Part shown: one piece after another, positions 55,447 to 64,000 of the stretch
Position numbering within the stretch: the first letter of the stretch is position 1
Layout: each line of letters begins with the position of its first letter
Assembly (NCBI GenBank): GCA_041664245.1
Contig: JBAYLC010000001.1
Span: 86,654 to 150,653 of the forward strand
DNA from: Minisyncoccota bacterium
GTDB taxonomy: Bacteria > Patescibacteriota > Minisyncoccia > UBA6257 > 2-01-FULL-56-20
DNA: 64,000 nt
Direction of reading: 5' to 3'
Position numbers and translations under genes: made by a program
The notes under the pieces: generated by a model
The model's input: the letters and a program-made list of their open reading frames with translations, nothing else
Database searches by the model: none
Told to the model about the DNA's origin: nothing

Positions 55447-55457
55447 ATATTAAAACA

Positions 55458-55874
55458 ATGCCTACATTTCGTCAGTTATTAAAAAAAGGCAGGAAAGTCG
55501 CCAAGGTTAAAACTAAAGCGCCGGCTTTGGTTAATTATTTTAATACTATTAAAAATAAGCCAGTTAATTCTCCCTCGCCTTTTAAAAGGGGAGTGTGCGT
55601 TAAAGTTTTTACTACTACTCCGAAAAAACCAAACTCCGCTTTGCGAAAAGTTTGCCGGGTTCGTCTTACAAACGGCTCCGAAGTTACTGCCTATATTCCT
55701 GGTGAGGGTCATAGTTTGCAAGAGCACTCCATCGTTGTGATTCGAGGCGGTCGGGTTAAAGACCTGCCGGGCGTTCGTTATCACGTTGTTCGGGGCGTTC
55801 TTGATGCGACCGGCGTTGAAGCGCGAAAACAACAGCGGTCAAAATACGGAACTAAAAGAGCAAAAAAGAAATAA
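55458..55874 (+). CDS. rpsL: 30S ribosomal protein S12 (with ~14-aa insertion)
   Basis: [12 protein letters not shown]...[19 protein letters not shown]...[17 protein letters not shown]. Confidence 0.9.
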   Translation: MPTFRQLLKKGRKVAKVKTKAPALVNYFNTIKNKPVNSPSPFKRGVCVKVFTTTPKKPNSALRKVCRVRLTNGSEVTAYIPGEGHSLQEHSIVVIRGGRVKDLPGVRYHVVRGVLDATGVEARKQQRSKYGTKRAKKK

Positions 55875-55875
55875 C

Positions 55876-56355
55876 ATGCGTAAAAAAAGAGTTTATAAAA
55901 AGTATTACGGACCCGACAGCCAGTACAATCGGGTTGATCTTGGCCGTTTTATTAATTATGTAATGAAGGACGGGAAAAAGTCCGTCGCTGAAAAAGTAGT
56001 CTATAACGCTTTTAAAAAAATAAAAGAAGTTACCAAGGAAGACCCCATTTCTATTTTCGAAAAGGCGATGCAGAATGTTTCTCCTGTTCTTGAGGTCGTC
56101 TCAAAAAGAGTTGGCGGCGCCAACGATCAAGTCCCCCGAGAAGTTACCGCCGAGCGCCGCTTCATTCTTGCCTCTCGGTGGTTGATTGCCGCCTCTAGGG
56201 CAAAAAAAGGAAAGCCGATGGCCGAGCGCCTTGCCGAAGAATTTATTGCCGCCTCGAAAAACGAAGGCGTTGCCATTAAGAAAAAACAAGATACCCACAG
56301 GATGGCCGAAGCCAACCGAGCTTTCGCTCATTTTGCCAATCGACCAAGTAGATAA
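55876..56355 (+). CDS. rpsG: 30S ribosomal protein S7
   Basis: FINYVMKDGKKSVAEK...VSKRVGGANDQVPREV...HRMAEANRAFAHF. Start taken at ATG 55876; the track ORF reads through from inside rpsL. Confidence 0.9.
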   Translation: MRKKRVYKKYYGPDSQYNRVDLGRFINYVMKDGKKSVAEKVVYNAFKKIKEVTKEDPISIFEKAMQNVSPVLEVVSKRVGGANDQVPREVTAERRFILASRWLIAASRAKKGKPMAERLAEEFIAASKNEGVAIKKKQDTHRMAEANRAFAHFANRPSR

Positions 56356-56410
56356 TTAATAAAGAAGAAGACTTTTGAATTTTGTCTTTTAACTTTTGAT
56401 CTTTTGAAAC

Positions 56411-58516
56411 ATGCCCCGTCTCTACCCCATTGAAAAAATCCGCGATATCGGCATTATCGCCCACATCGATGCTGGTAAAACTACTGTTTCCGAACGGGTT
56501 CTTTTTTACACCGGCATCTCCCATAAAATTGGCGAAGTTCACGAAGGGACAGCGGTTATGGATTGGATGGAGCAAGAACAGGAGCGTGGTATCACTATTA
56601 CTTCCGCCGCCACGACTGCTTTCTGGATACCTACTTATCACCGCGGCGACAAAAATTTTGAACACCGGATTAATTTAATTGACACCCCCGGTCACATCGA
56701 CTTCACCGTGGAAGTTAAGCGCTCGCTCCGCGTTTTAGATGGTGCGGTAGTTGTTTTTGACGGCGTTGCCGGAGTAGAGCCCCAATCTGAAACTAACTGG
56801 CACTATGCGGATGAATACAAAGTTCCGCGAGTTTGCTTCATTAATAAACTCGACCGAATGGGCGCCAGTTTTGACCGAAGTTTGGCTTCTATTTTCGAAC
56901 GACTTACTCCAAATGCCGTTCCCATCCAAATTCCTATCGGCACAGAATCTAATTTTTCCGGAGTAATAGATCTCCTCCAAAATAAAGCCTTTGAATTCCA
57001 AGGTGATCATGGCGAGCGAGTTACAGAAATTCCTATTCCTGAAGATTTGAAATCTAAAGCCGAGAAATTGCGCCACGATATGATTGAAAAAATAGTCGAG
57101 ACTAATGACACCCTAATGGGTGATTATCTAGGCGGAAAAGAAATTTCCATTGAAGATCTTCGCCGTGTTCTTCGAAAAGCTACTATTGATAATAAATTAA
57201 TTCCAGTTCTCTGTGGCTCCGCCCTAAAAAACAAAGGGGTCCAATTTATGTTGGATGCCGTCGTCGATTTTTTACCTTCGCCACTCGATATTCCTCTAAC
57301 AAGAGGAATTGACCCAAAAAATGGAGAAGAAATTTCTCGCAAACCGTCCGACGACGAACCATTCACCGCTTTAGCTTTTAAAGTTGCCACTGACCCTTAC
57401 GTCGGTAGTTTAACTTACTTCCGTGTCTACGCCGGAAAACTTCAGCGTGGTTCCTATACCTTAAACTCGGTAAAAGACGAACAAGAACGCATTGGCCGTA
57501 TTGTTCGAATGCACGCCAATCAAAGAGAAGAGGTTGAAGAGATTTATGCCGGTGAAATTGGCGCTATTGTTGGTCTAAAAGATACCACTACCGGTGATAC
57601 GCTTTGCGCTATTGATAATCCAATTATTCTTGAAAAAATTACTTTCCCCGAGCCGGTTATCGGTGTTCGGATTGAACCAAAAACAAAAGCCGACCAGGAA
57701 AAAATGGGCAATGCTCTTCATCGTTTAGCTGATGAAGATCCCACCTTCCGAGTCGCCGGCGATCCGGAAACAGGAGAAACTATCATTTCTGGAATGGGTG
57801 AACTTCATTTGGAAATTATCGTTGATCGAATGAAGCGGGAATTTAGCGTTGATGCAAATGTCGGCCGTCCGCAAGTTGCCTACAAGGAAGCAATCACCGC
57901 CGAAGCTGAAGCGGAAGGAAAATACATCCGCCAATCGGGCGGCCGCGGGCAATACGGCCACGTTTGGCTTAAAGTCCGTCCGCTCGAAAGGGGAAAGGGC
58001 TTTGTTTTTGTTAATGATATCAAGGGGGGCGATATTCCTCGTGAATTCATTCCCGCTGTTGAAAAAGGCGTTCGGGAAGCAATCGGCAAAGGTGTCGTTG
58101 CTCATTATCAAGTTGTAGACGTTGAGGTTTCTCTTTTTGACGGTTCTTATCACGACGTCGACTCTTCTGAAGCGGCTTTCAAAATCGCCGGTTCAATTGC
58201 CTTTCAAGATGCCGCCAAAAAAGCCAAACCGGTTATTCTCGAGCCAATTATGAAAACTCAGATTCTTATTCCGGCTGATTTCTTGGGCGAAGTTACCGGC
58301 GACCTTAATTCTCGCCGCGGCCGCATCGAAGCAATTGAAGACCGCGCCAATATAAAGGTAATTGACGCCTTGGTTCCGCTCTCTGAAATGTTTGGATACG
58401 CCACTCAAATCCGTTCCATGACCCAAGGTCGGGGATCCTTCACGATGGAATTTAATTCCTACGAAATAACTCCCAAAAACATTGAACAATTAATTGTTGA
58501 GGGTAAGAAAAAATAA
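56411..58516 (+). CDS. fusA: elongation factor G
   Basis: [27 protein letters not shown] and five-domain length. Confidence 0.95.
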   Translation: MPRLYPIEKIRDIGIIAHIDAGKTTVSERVLFYTGISHKIGEVHEGTAVMDWMEQEQERGITITSAATTAFWIPTYHRGDKNFEHRINLIDTPGHIDFTVEVKRSLRVLDGAVVVFDGVAGVEPQSETNWHYADEYKVPRVCFINKLDRMGASFDRSLASIFERLTPNAVPIQIPIGTESNFSGVIDLLQNKAFEFQGDHGERVTEIPIPEDLKSKAEKLRHDMIEKIVETNDTLMGDYLGGKEISIEDLRRVLRKATIDNKLIPVLCGSALKNKGVQFMLDAVVDFLPSPLDIPLTRGIDPKNGEEISRKPSDDEPFTALAFKVATDPYVGSLTYFRVYAGKLQRGSYTLNSVKDEQERIGRIVRMHANQREEVEEIYAGEIGAIVGLKDTTTGDTLCAIDNPIILEKITFPEPVIGVRIEPKTKADQEKMGNALHRLADEDPTFRVAGDPETGETIISGMGELHLEIIVDRMKREFSVDANVGRPQVAYKEAITAEAEAEGKYIRQSGGRGQYGHVWLKVRPLERGKGFVFVNDIKGGDIPREFIPAVEKGVREAIGKGVVAHYQVVDVEVSLFDGSYHDVDSSEAAFKIAGSIAFQDAAKKAKPVILEPIMKTQILIPADFLGEVTGDLNSRRGRIEAIEDRANIKVIDALVPLSEMFGYATQIRSMTQGRGSFTMEFNSYEITPKNIEQLIVEGKKK

Positions 58517-58523
58517 ACAAAAT

Positions 58524-58553
58524 TTGACACAGAAAGTAATAATCGGTTACAAT
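58524..58553 (+). promoter_or_regulatory. internal promoter TTGACA-18-TACAAT upstream of tuf
   Basis: Hexamers at 58524-29 and 58548-53. Confidence 0.4.
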
Positions 58554-58615
58554 TAAATCCGCTTAAAAAAATAAATAAACCAGGTCGAAAAAATTAAATT
58601 TATATATTAAATAAA

Positions 58616-59812
58616 ATGGCAAAAGAAACATTTGAACGTTCCAAGCCCCACGTTAACGTCGGTACCATTGGTCACGTCGACCACGGCAAAACCACTTTAA
58701 CCGCGGCTATTACCCATATCCTCCATATGAAGGGTTTGGCAAAAAAAGAAGAAAGTGTTGATCAAATTGATAATGCCCCGGAAGAAAAAGCCCGCGGTAT
58801 TACTATTGCTCTCCACCATTCCGAATATGAGTCTGAAACCCGCCACTATGCGCACATTGACGCTCCTGGCCACGCCGACTATATCAAAAACATGATTACC
58901 GGCGCCGCCCAGATGGACGGTGCAGTTCTAGTGGTCGCCGCCACGGATGGCCCGATGCCTCAGACCCGAGAACACATTCTTCTTGCTTATCAGGTTGGTG
59001 TTCCAAAAATAATTGTCTTTCTAAATAAAGTTGACCAAGTTGATGACCCGGAGCTTATTGATCTTGTTGAATCCGAGGTTCGGGAACTTTTAAAGAAATA
59101 TAATTTTGATGGCGACAACACTCCGATTATTCGCGGTTCGGCTCTTAAGGCTTTAAACGCCACCTCGCTGGATAGTGAAGAAGCTAAGCCGATTCTCGAG
59201 CTCGTTAAGGCGCTCGATGAATATATTCCCGAGCCAGTTCGGGAACTCGACAAACCATTCTTAATGCCAATCGAAGACATCTTCTCGATTGAAGGTCGCG
59301 GCACGGTTGTTACCGGTCGCGCCGAACGGGGAAAAATTAAAGTCAACGAGGAAATTGAAATCGTTGGACTTCGCCCCACTCAAAAAACCGTGGTTACTGG
59401 CATTGAAATGTTCAATAAAATCCTCACCGAAGGATTAGCCGGTGATAATGTCGGCATCCTCTTGCGCGGTTTGAAGAAAGAAGATGTTGAACGCGGCCAA
59501 GTTGTTGCTAAACCAGGCAGCATTACTCCGCACACTGATTTCGAAGCTGAAGTTTATATCTTAAGTAAAGAAGAAGGCGGTCGTCATACCCCGTTCTTCA
59601 AAGGATATAAGCCCCAGTTTTACATTCGAACCACTGACGTTACCGGCGAAGTTACTCTTCCCGAAGGAACCGAGATGGTTATGCCCGGTGACACGATAAA
59701 GTTTAACGTCAAATTGATTTCACCAGTCGCGCTTGAAGAAAAAATGCGGTTTGCTATCCGCGAAGGCGGAAAAACCGTTGGCGCCGGCGTCGTGACAAAA
59801 ATTAACAAATAA
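58616..59812 (+). CDS. tuf: elongation factor Tu
   Basis: [33 protein letters not shown]. Confidence 0.95.
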   Translation: MAKETFERSKPHVNVGTIGHVDHGKTTLTAAITHILHMKGLAKKEESVDQIDNAPEEKARGITIALHHSEYESETRHYAHIDAPGHADYIKNMITGAAQMDGAVLVVAATDGPMPQTREHILLAYQVGVPKIIVFLNKVDQVDDPELIDLVESEVRELLKKYNFDGDNTPIIRGSALKALNATSLDSEEAKPILELVKALDEYIPEPVRELDKPFLMPIEDIFSIEGRGTVVTGRAERGKIKVNEEIEIVGLRPTQKTVVTGIEMFNKILTEGLAGDNVGILLRGLKKEDVERGQVVAKPGSITPHTDFEAEVYILSKEEGGRHTPFFKGYKPQFYIRTTDVTGEVTLPEGTEMVMPGDTIKFNVKLISPVALEEKMRFAIREGGKTVGAGVVTKINK

Positions 59813-59858
59813 ATATAAAAAATTAAATTTAAAGTGAGTTTAATTTTGAATCTCTAGT

Positions 59859-60191
59859 ATGCCCAAAAAAAAAGAAGTTGAATTGGCTCAGAAGTTGCGG
59901 CTGAGAGTGCGGGGATATGATCATAAGCTGGTTGATAACTCGATAAAGCAGATCATTGAAACCGCCGAACGCCAGGATGCTAAGATCGTCGGCCCCATCC
60001 CGCTTCCGACCGAGCTCAAGAAATACACCGTCAACCGTTCAACTTTTGTCCACAAGGATTCCCGGGAACAGTTTGAGTTAAGGATTCACAAAAGATTGAT
60101 TGACATCTTAAATCCCAACCAAAAAATCATTGAATCCCTAAGTAACCTGAATCTTCCCGCGGGGGTAGACATAGAGATAAAAATGGTATAG
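59859..60191 (+). CDS. rpsJ: 30S ribosomal protein S10
   Basis: IRLRVRGYDHKLVD...IVGPIPLPT pattern. Confidence 0.9.
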   Translation: MPKKKEVELAQKLRLRVRGYDHKLVDNSIKQIIETAERQDAKIVGPIPLPTELKKYTVNRSTFVHKDSREQFELRIHKRLIDILNPNQKIIESLSNLNLPAGVDIEIKMV

Positions 60192-60264
60192 AATTTCATC
60201 CAAGGTTAGCTTACAGAAATCAAAATTGCCGGGGCTAAGCCTCGGCAATTTTGATAAGAAAAAC

Positions 60265-60819
60265 ATGCCTTTCCTACTTGGTAAAAAAGTTAAAATGAGC
60301 CAGATCTGGGCTGACAAGAAAGTTGTTCCGGTAACCATCATTAAAGCCGAACCCAACACGGTTTCTTTGCTGCGTACCAAAGAAAAGGATGGCTATGAAG
60401 CGGTCCAACTGAATCTTGGAAAAATTAAAAAAGAATTTAAAAACCACCCCAGTTTTAACGAGTTAAAAGTTGGTGATAAAATCGACCTTTCCATCTTCAA
60501 AGTCGGTGATGTCGTAAGAATTTCCGGAACCGCCAAAGGCCGCGGTTTCCAAGGCGTTGTTAAAAGGCACGGTTTCGCCGGTGGCCCCAAGACTCGAGGT
60601 CAGAAAAACCGTTGGCGCGCTCCTGGTTCAATCGGCAGCACAGCGCCTCAGCGGGTTACCCCAGGAAGAAAAATGGCTGGCCATATGGGCAGCGATCGCA
60701 TCACTGTGAAAAATTTAAAAATCGCCGCCGTTTTGCCGGAAAAAAATACCCTAATGATAAAAGGAGCGGTTCCCGGTTACCGCGGCACGCTTTTAGAAAT
60801 AGTAAAAGTCAAAAAATAA
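60265..60819 (+). CDS. rplC: 50S ribosomal protein L3
   Basis: LLGKKVKMSQIW... matches the L3 N-terminus. Start taken at ATG 60265. Confidence 0.85.
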   Translation: MPFLLGKKVKMSQIWADKKVVPVTIIKAEPNTVSLLRTKEKDGYEAVQLNLGKIKKEFKNHPSFNELKVGDKIDLSIFKVGDVVRISGTAKGRGFQGVVKRHGFAGGPKTRGQKNRWRAPGSIGSTAPQRVTPGRKMAGHMGSDRITVKNLKIAAVLPEKNTLMIKGAVPGYRGTLLEIVKVKK

Positions 60820-60820
60820 A

Positions 60821-61477
60821 ATGAAAGCTGATCTCTATAATTTAAAAAATAAAACAGTGGGGGAGATTAGTCTTCCTGATAGAATTTTTGGCGCCCACTG
60901 GAATCCCGAACTAGTTCGCCAAGTTTCTATGGCGCAGATGGCTAATCGCCGCCGCCCGTGGGCGCACGCTAAAGATCGTTCAGAAGTAAGCGGCGGCGGC
61001 CGAAAGCCATGGCGGCAAAAAGGCACCGGCCGGGCTCGGCATGGTTCCATTCGCTCTCCTTTATGGATTGGCGGAGGTAAAGCTCATGGTCCAAATAAGG
61101 AGCGTGATTATTCTCAAAAAGTAAACAAGAAAATGCTTCAAGGCGCCTTGTTTTCTGTTTTATCTAAAAAACTTAAAGATGGAGAGTTAAGATTTTTTGA
61201 TTCGCTTGCCATTGAGCTTCCAAAAACAAAAATTCTCTCAGGGATTCTTCGTGAACTCACGAGTGCTAAAAAGAGAGCCAGAAAATTGGATGTTTTAATG
61301 ATTCCGGATTTGGAAAACAAGAAATTATTCCGCGCCGCTGCCAATATTCAAAAGACCAAAGTTTTATCGCCGAAATCTTTAAATGTTTATGATCTTTTAA
61401 ACTACAAAAATATTTTCATTGATAAAGAAGCTGTTCCGGTAGTCGAAGACTGCTACACAAAGTTAACTAAAAAATAA
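60821..61477 (+). CDS. rplD: 50S ribosomal protein L4
   Basis: Sequence similarity to L4 and its conserved position in the S10 operon. Confidence 0.85.
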   Translation: MKADLYNLKNKTVGEISLPDRIFGAHWNPELVRQVSMAQMANRRRPWAHAKDRSEVSGGGRKPWRQKGTGRARHGSIRSPLWIGGGKAHGPNKERDYSQKVNKKMLQGALFSVLSKKLKDGELRFFDSLAIELPKTKILSGILRELTSAKKRARKLDVLMIPDLENKKLFRAAANIQKTKVLSPKSLNVYDLLNYKNIFIDKEAVPVVEDCYTKLTKK

Positions 61478-61478
61478 A

Positions 61479-61760
61479 ATGTCCCGAGATTCACTTTTAA
61501 TCAAAAAACCTTGGATTACCGAAAAAGCTACCACCTTGAGCGAGATTGGCAAGTATGTTTTTATTGTTAAGCCCAAAACCACTAAATCGGAAGTTAAAAA
61601 AGCGATTAAGGAAATTTACAAAGTCGATCCAGTGAGCGTGAATATTATTAATCGGCCCCCGAAAAGGAAGCGCTTTCGCAACTCCACAAATCTCCGGTCA
61701 GGTTATCGGAAAGCGATCGTTACCCTTAAAAGTGGGCAACATATTGATTTGATAAAGTAA
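61479..61760 (+). CDS. rplW: 50S ribosomal protein L23
   Basis: IKKPWITEKAT...YVFIVKPKTTKSEVKKAIKEIYKV. Confidence 0.9.
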   Translation: MSRDSLLIKKPWITEKATTLSEIGKYVFIVKPKTTKSEVKKAIKEIYKVDPVSVNIINRPPKRKRFRNSTNLRSGYRKAIVTLKSGQHIDLIK

Positions 61761-61766
61761 TCTATT

Positions 61767-62597
61767 ATGAAATCCTACGCCCCAACAACTCCTTCCCGAA
61801 GACACATGACTTCGGTGAGCTACAAAAAAACTTTAACCGGCGACAAACCTTGGCGGCCGCTTTTAAAGCGCCTAAAAAGCCATTCGGGACGAAATTCTCA
61901 AGGACGGATTACCGTTCGGCATCAAGGCGGAGGAAATAAACGGCTCTATCGTATGATTAATTTCAAGCAATTAGAAAACCCGGCCAAATTAAAAGTTGAA
62001 ACCTTAGAATACGATCCCTATCGCACTTCTTTTATCGCTCGGGTTATTGATAAATCAAACAAGCGCAGCTACATTCTCGCCGGTTCGGAAATGAAAGTCG
62101 ACGATGAGATTATCGTTGGCGATACCGCTCCGCTTAAAACCGGCAATCGTCTCCGGTTAAAAAATATTCCTGTTGGTTATCAAGTTTTTAATGTTGAAAT
62201 AAAACCGGGCAAAGGCGGTCAAATGGCTCGCTCAGCCGGTTCTTACATAGAAATTTTAGCTCAATCCAATGGTTATACTGATCTTAAACTTTCCTCAAAC
62301 GAAGTAAGGCGAGTTTCCTGGGATTGTTTTGCTTCTATTGGCCAAGTTTCCAACTCGGAGCATAATTTGGTGGTTATCGGAAAAGCCGGCCGTTCAAGAT
62401 GGCTCGGTATCCGGCCAACGGTTCGCGGGTCCGTTATGAACCCCGTTGATCATCCTTACGGTGGTGGTGAGGGCCGGACTCAGCGCGGAACGCGGAAGCC
62501 AAAAACCCTTTGGGGAAAAGTTACTGGTGGGCATAAAACAAGAAATAAAAAGAAATGGTCCAATAAACTTATTCTAAAAAGAAGAGTTAAAAAATAA
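61767..62597 (+). CDS. rplB: 50S ribosomal protein L2
   Basis: [16 protein letters not shown]...HPYGGGEGR. Confidence 0.95.
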   Translation: MKSYAPTTPSRRHMTSVSYKKTLTGDKPWRPLLKRLKSHSGRNSQGRITVRHQGGGNKRLYRMINFKQLENPAKLKVETLEYDPYRTSFIARVIDKSNKRSYILAGSEMKVDDEIIVGDTAPLKTGNRLRLKNIPVGYQVFNVEIKPGKGGQMARSAGSYIEILAQSNGYTDLKLSSNEVRRVSWDCFASIGQVSNSEHNLVVIGKAGRSRWLGIRPTVRGSVMNPVDHPYGGGEGRTQRGTRKPKTLWGKVTGGHKTRNKKKWSNKLILKRRVKK

Positions 62598-62598
62598 T

Positions 62599-62937
62599 AT
62601 GAGCCGATCATCAAAAAAAGGTCCTTTTGTGGATCCAAAATTACTGGAAAAAATTTCCAAATTTAAACCCGAGAACAGCCCGGCCATTAAAACCTGGTCG
62701 CGAGCTTCTGAAATTTCCCCCGAAATGGTTGGTTATACTTTTAGCGTTCACAACGGCAAAAATTTTATTGACGTAAGAGTTAGTGAAGAAATGGTTGGTC
62801 ATCGGCTCGGTGAATTTTCTCCGACCAAAAAATTCTTAAGGCATGGAGGTAAAATGCAAAAAGAGATCGAGCAAAAAGCTACCACCAAGCCAACCGCCGC
62901 TCCCGCCGCCAAATCTAAACCAGGGGCTAAAAAATAG
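62599..62937 (+). CDS. rpsS: 30S ribosomal protein S19 (C-terminally extended)
   Basis: [12 protein letters not shown]...HNGK.F..V.....MVGHRLGEF, plus a roughly 20-aa Ala/Lys/Pro-rich tail. Confidence 0.9.
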   Translation: MSRSSKKGPFVDPKLLEKISKFKPENSPAIKTWSRASEISPEMVGYTFSVHNGKNFIDVRVSEEMVGHRLGEFSPTKKFLRHGGKMQKEIEQKATTKPTAAPAAKSKPGAKK

Positions 62938-62942
62938 AACAT

Positions 62943-63470
62943 ATGAAAGATCAAATTGCAAAACTTAGCTATCTCAGAATTGCTCCTCGAAAAGTTCGAG
63001 CAGTCGCCAGTTTGCTTAAGGGTTTGTCGGTCAATGAGGCTGAAGCCCAGCTTTTGGTTCAACGTCGCCGGCCAGCTAAACCACTTTTGAAATTATTGCG
63101 TTCGGCTATCAGTAACGCTAAAAATAACAGCAATCTGGACGTCAGTAGTCTTTTCGTTAAAATTGCCCGAGTTGATCAAGGTCCAATGATTAAGCGGTCC
63201 ATGCCCCGCGCCCGAGGTTCATCTAGTGAAATTCAAAAAAAGATGAGCCATGTTACGCTTATTTTAGGAGAAAATTCTAATCTTAAGCCAGCTCGTTTTA
63301 AAATTATTATTAAAAAGAAATCGAAACTTCCCAAAGAAAAATCTTCTAAGAAATCCAGCCGGGAAAAAACGAAAGAGAATTTAGAAAATCGCGAAACCAT
63401 TTCACCGAAAAAGTCTAATTCCGGGGTTTTAAAGAAAATGTTTAGTCGAAAATCTGGCATGGGCAAATAA
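62943..63470 (+). CDS. rplV: 50S ribosomal protein L22 (C-terminally extended, Lys-rich tail)
   Basis: LRIAPRKVRAVASLLKG..V.EA...L core, plus a roughly 60-aa basic tail. Confidence 0.85.
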   Translation: MKDQIAKLSYLRIAPRKVRAVASLLKGLSVNEAEAQLLVQRRRPAKPLLKLLRSAISNAKNNSNLDVSSLFVKIARVDQGPMIKRSMPRARGSSSEIQKKMSHVTLILGENSNLKPARFKIIIKKKSKLPKEKSSKKSSREKTKENLENRETISPKKSNSGVLKKMFSRKSGMGK

Positions 63471-63481
63471 AATCTTTAATC

Positions 63482-64000
63482 ATGGGTCAAAAAATTAATC
63501 CACAATCATATAGAACGGGAATTACTAAAGACTGGCCGGTCCGCTGGTTTATTAGGGGTAGCTACCGTGGTTTTTTGGAGGAAGATGAAGCCATTCGCCG
63601 AGTGATAAAGGAAAAAATTAACTTGGCCGGAATAGTTGGTGTTGAAATTGAACGCGCCGCCAATAATCTAAAAATTTTCATTCGCGCTGCTAAGCCCGGT
63701 TTTGTGATTGGCCGGGGAGGAAAAGGAATAGAGGATTTAACAAAATCTATCGAGAAAGCTATAAGAAAGATTAGGAGCACAAAAGAAAGGGTGCCACTAA
63801 GTCTAAATGTCGAGGAACTTAAGAGAACCGAAGCGTCTGCATCCTATACTGCTCAACAAATTGCCTGGGACTTAGAAAAAAGAATGCCTTTTCGGCGCAC
63901 CATGAAAAAATATCTAGAAGGTTTGATGCAAATGAGAGAAGTTAAAGGTGCCAAAATTTTATTGTCCGGCCGGCTTGGCGGAGCCGAAATCGCTCGCCGG
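63482..64000 (+). CDS. rpsC: 30S ribosomal protein S3 (3' end beyond window)
   Basis: MGQKINPQSYRTGITKDW and a KH domain GRGGKGIEDL. The reading frame is open to the window end. Confidence 0.9.
   Translation, partial: MGQKINPQSYRTGITKDWPVRWFIRGSYRGFLEEDEAIRRVIKEKINLAGIVGVEIERAANNLKIFIRAAKPGFVIGRGGKGIEDLTKSIEKAIRKIRSTKERVPLSLNVEELKRTEASASYTAQQIAWDLEKRMPFRRTMKKYLEGLMQMREVKGAKILLSGRLGGAEIARR

Overview
This 64-kb window comes from a low-GC, compact genome in which genes are tightly packed or overlapping, many start codons are GTG/TTG, and several ribosomal proteins are extended. Most translation genes have no Shine-Dalgarno sequence. These traits are consistent with a Patescibacteria/CPR-like or other reduced-genome bacterium, but that lineage is an inference, not shown by the sequence. 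No transposase, integrase or CRISPR array was seen.

Main blocks, in order:
- 1-2512: the 3' end of rpoD and a short alaS.
- 2.5-10.9 kb: an accessory stretch of tandem, independently promoted and terminated units. It holds two mini-ORF units, two paralogous secreted OMP-like proteins with near-identical promoter/5'UTR cassettes, and three small hypothetical proteins. It is interleaved with folC (minus strand) and an ABC exporter.
- 10.97-17.35 kb: a compact enzymatic cassette with an operon-embedded sensor kinase. The genes are a Leu/Phe dehydrogenase, a PaaK-like adenylating enzyme, a nitroreductase-fold protein, and a ThiF/E1-like protein with an N-terminal extension, followed by a multi-TM histidine kinase.
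- 17.4-20.5 kb: rpmE, an unlinked 16S rRNA gene, an orphan response regulator, rplS and tRNA-Leu.
- 20.7-31.9 kb: pyrD, rnhB, rpmF, nusB, rnc, a short SMC-like ATPase and several secreted hypothetical proteins.
- 31.9-35.8 kb: infA-rpmJ-rpsM-rpsK-rpsD-rpoA-rplQ, then rplM-rpsI.
- 36.4-42.9 kb: a promoter-to-terminator sRNA candidate, a DedA-family protein, tRNA-Pro, rpmB, an Hsp20, a PrsW-like protease, valS and tsaD.
- 42.9-47.5 kb: tRNA-Glu and a type IV pilin / repeat-adhesin module.
- 47.5-55.3 kb: recG, a membrane-protein operon, tRNA-Lys, tRNA-Arg and an M50 site-2 protease.
- 55.3-64.0 kb: the str operon (rpsL-rpsG-fusA-tuf) and the start of the S10 operon through rpsC, which is truncated by the window end.

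Most unusual observations:
- The 16S 3' terminus as assembled lacks the CCUCC anti-Shine-Dalgarno sequence.
- rpoA has no alpha-CTD.
- The enzymatic cassette pairs an E1-like protein with a nitroreductase-fold protein but has no YcaO or obvious precursor peptide.
- Consensus sigma70-type promoter cassettes are duplicated in front of the accessory genes.
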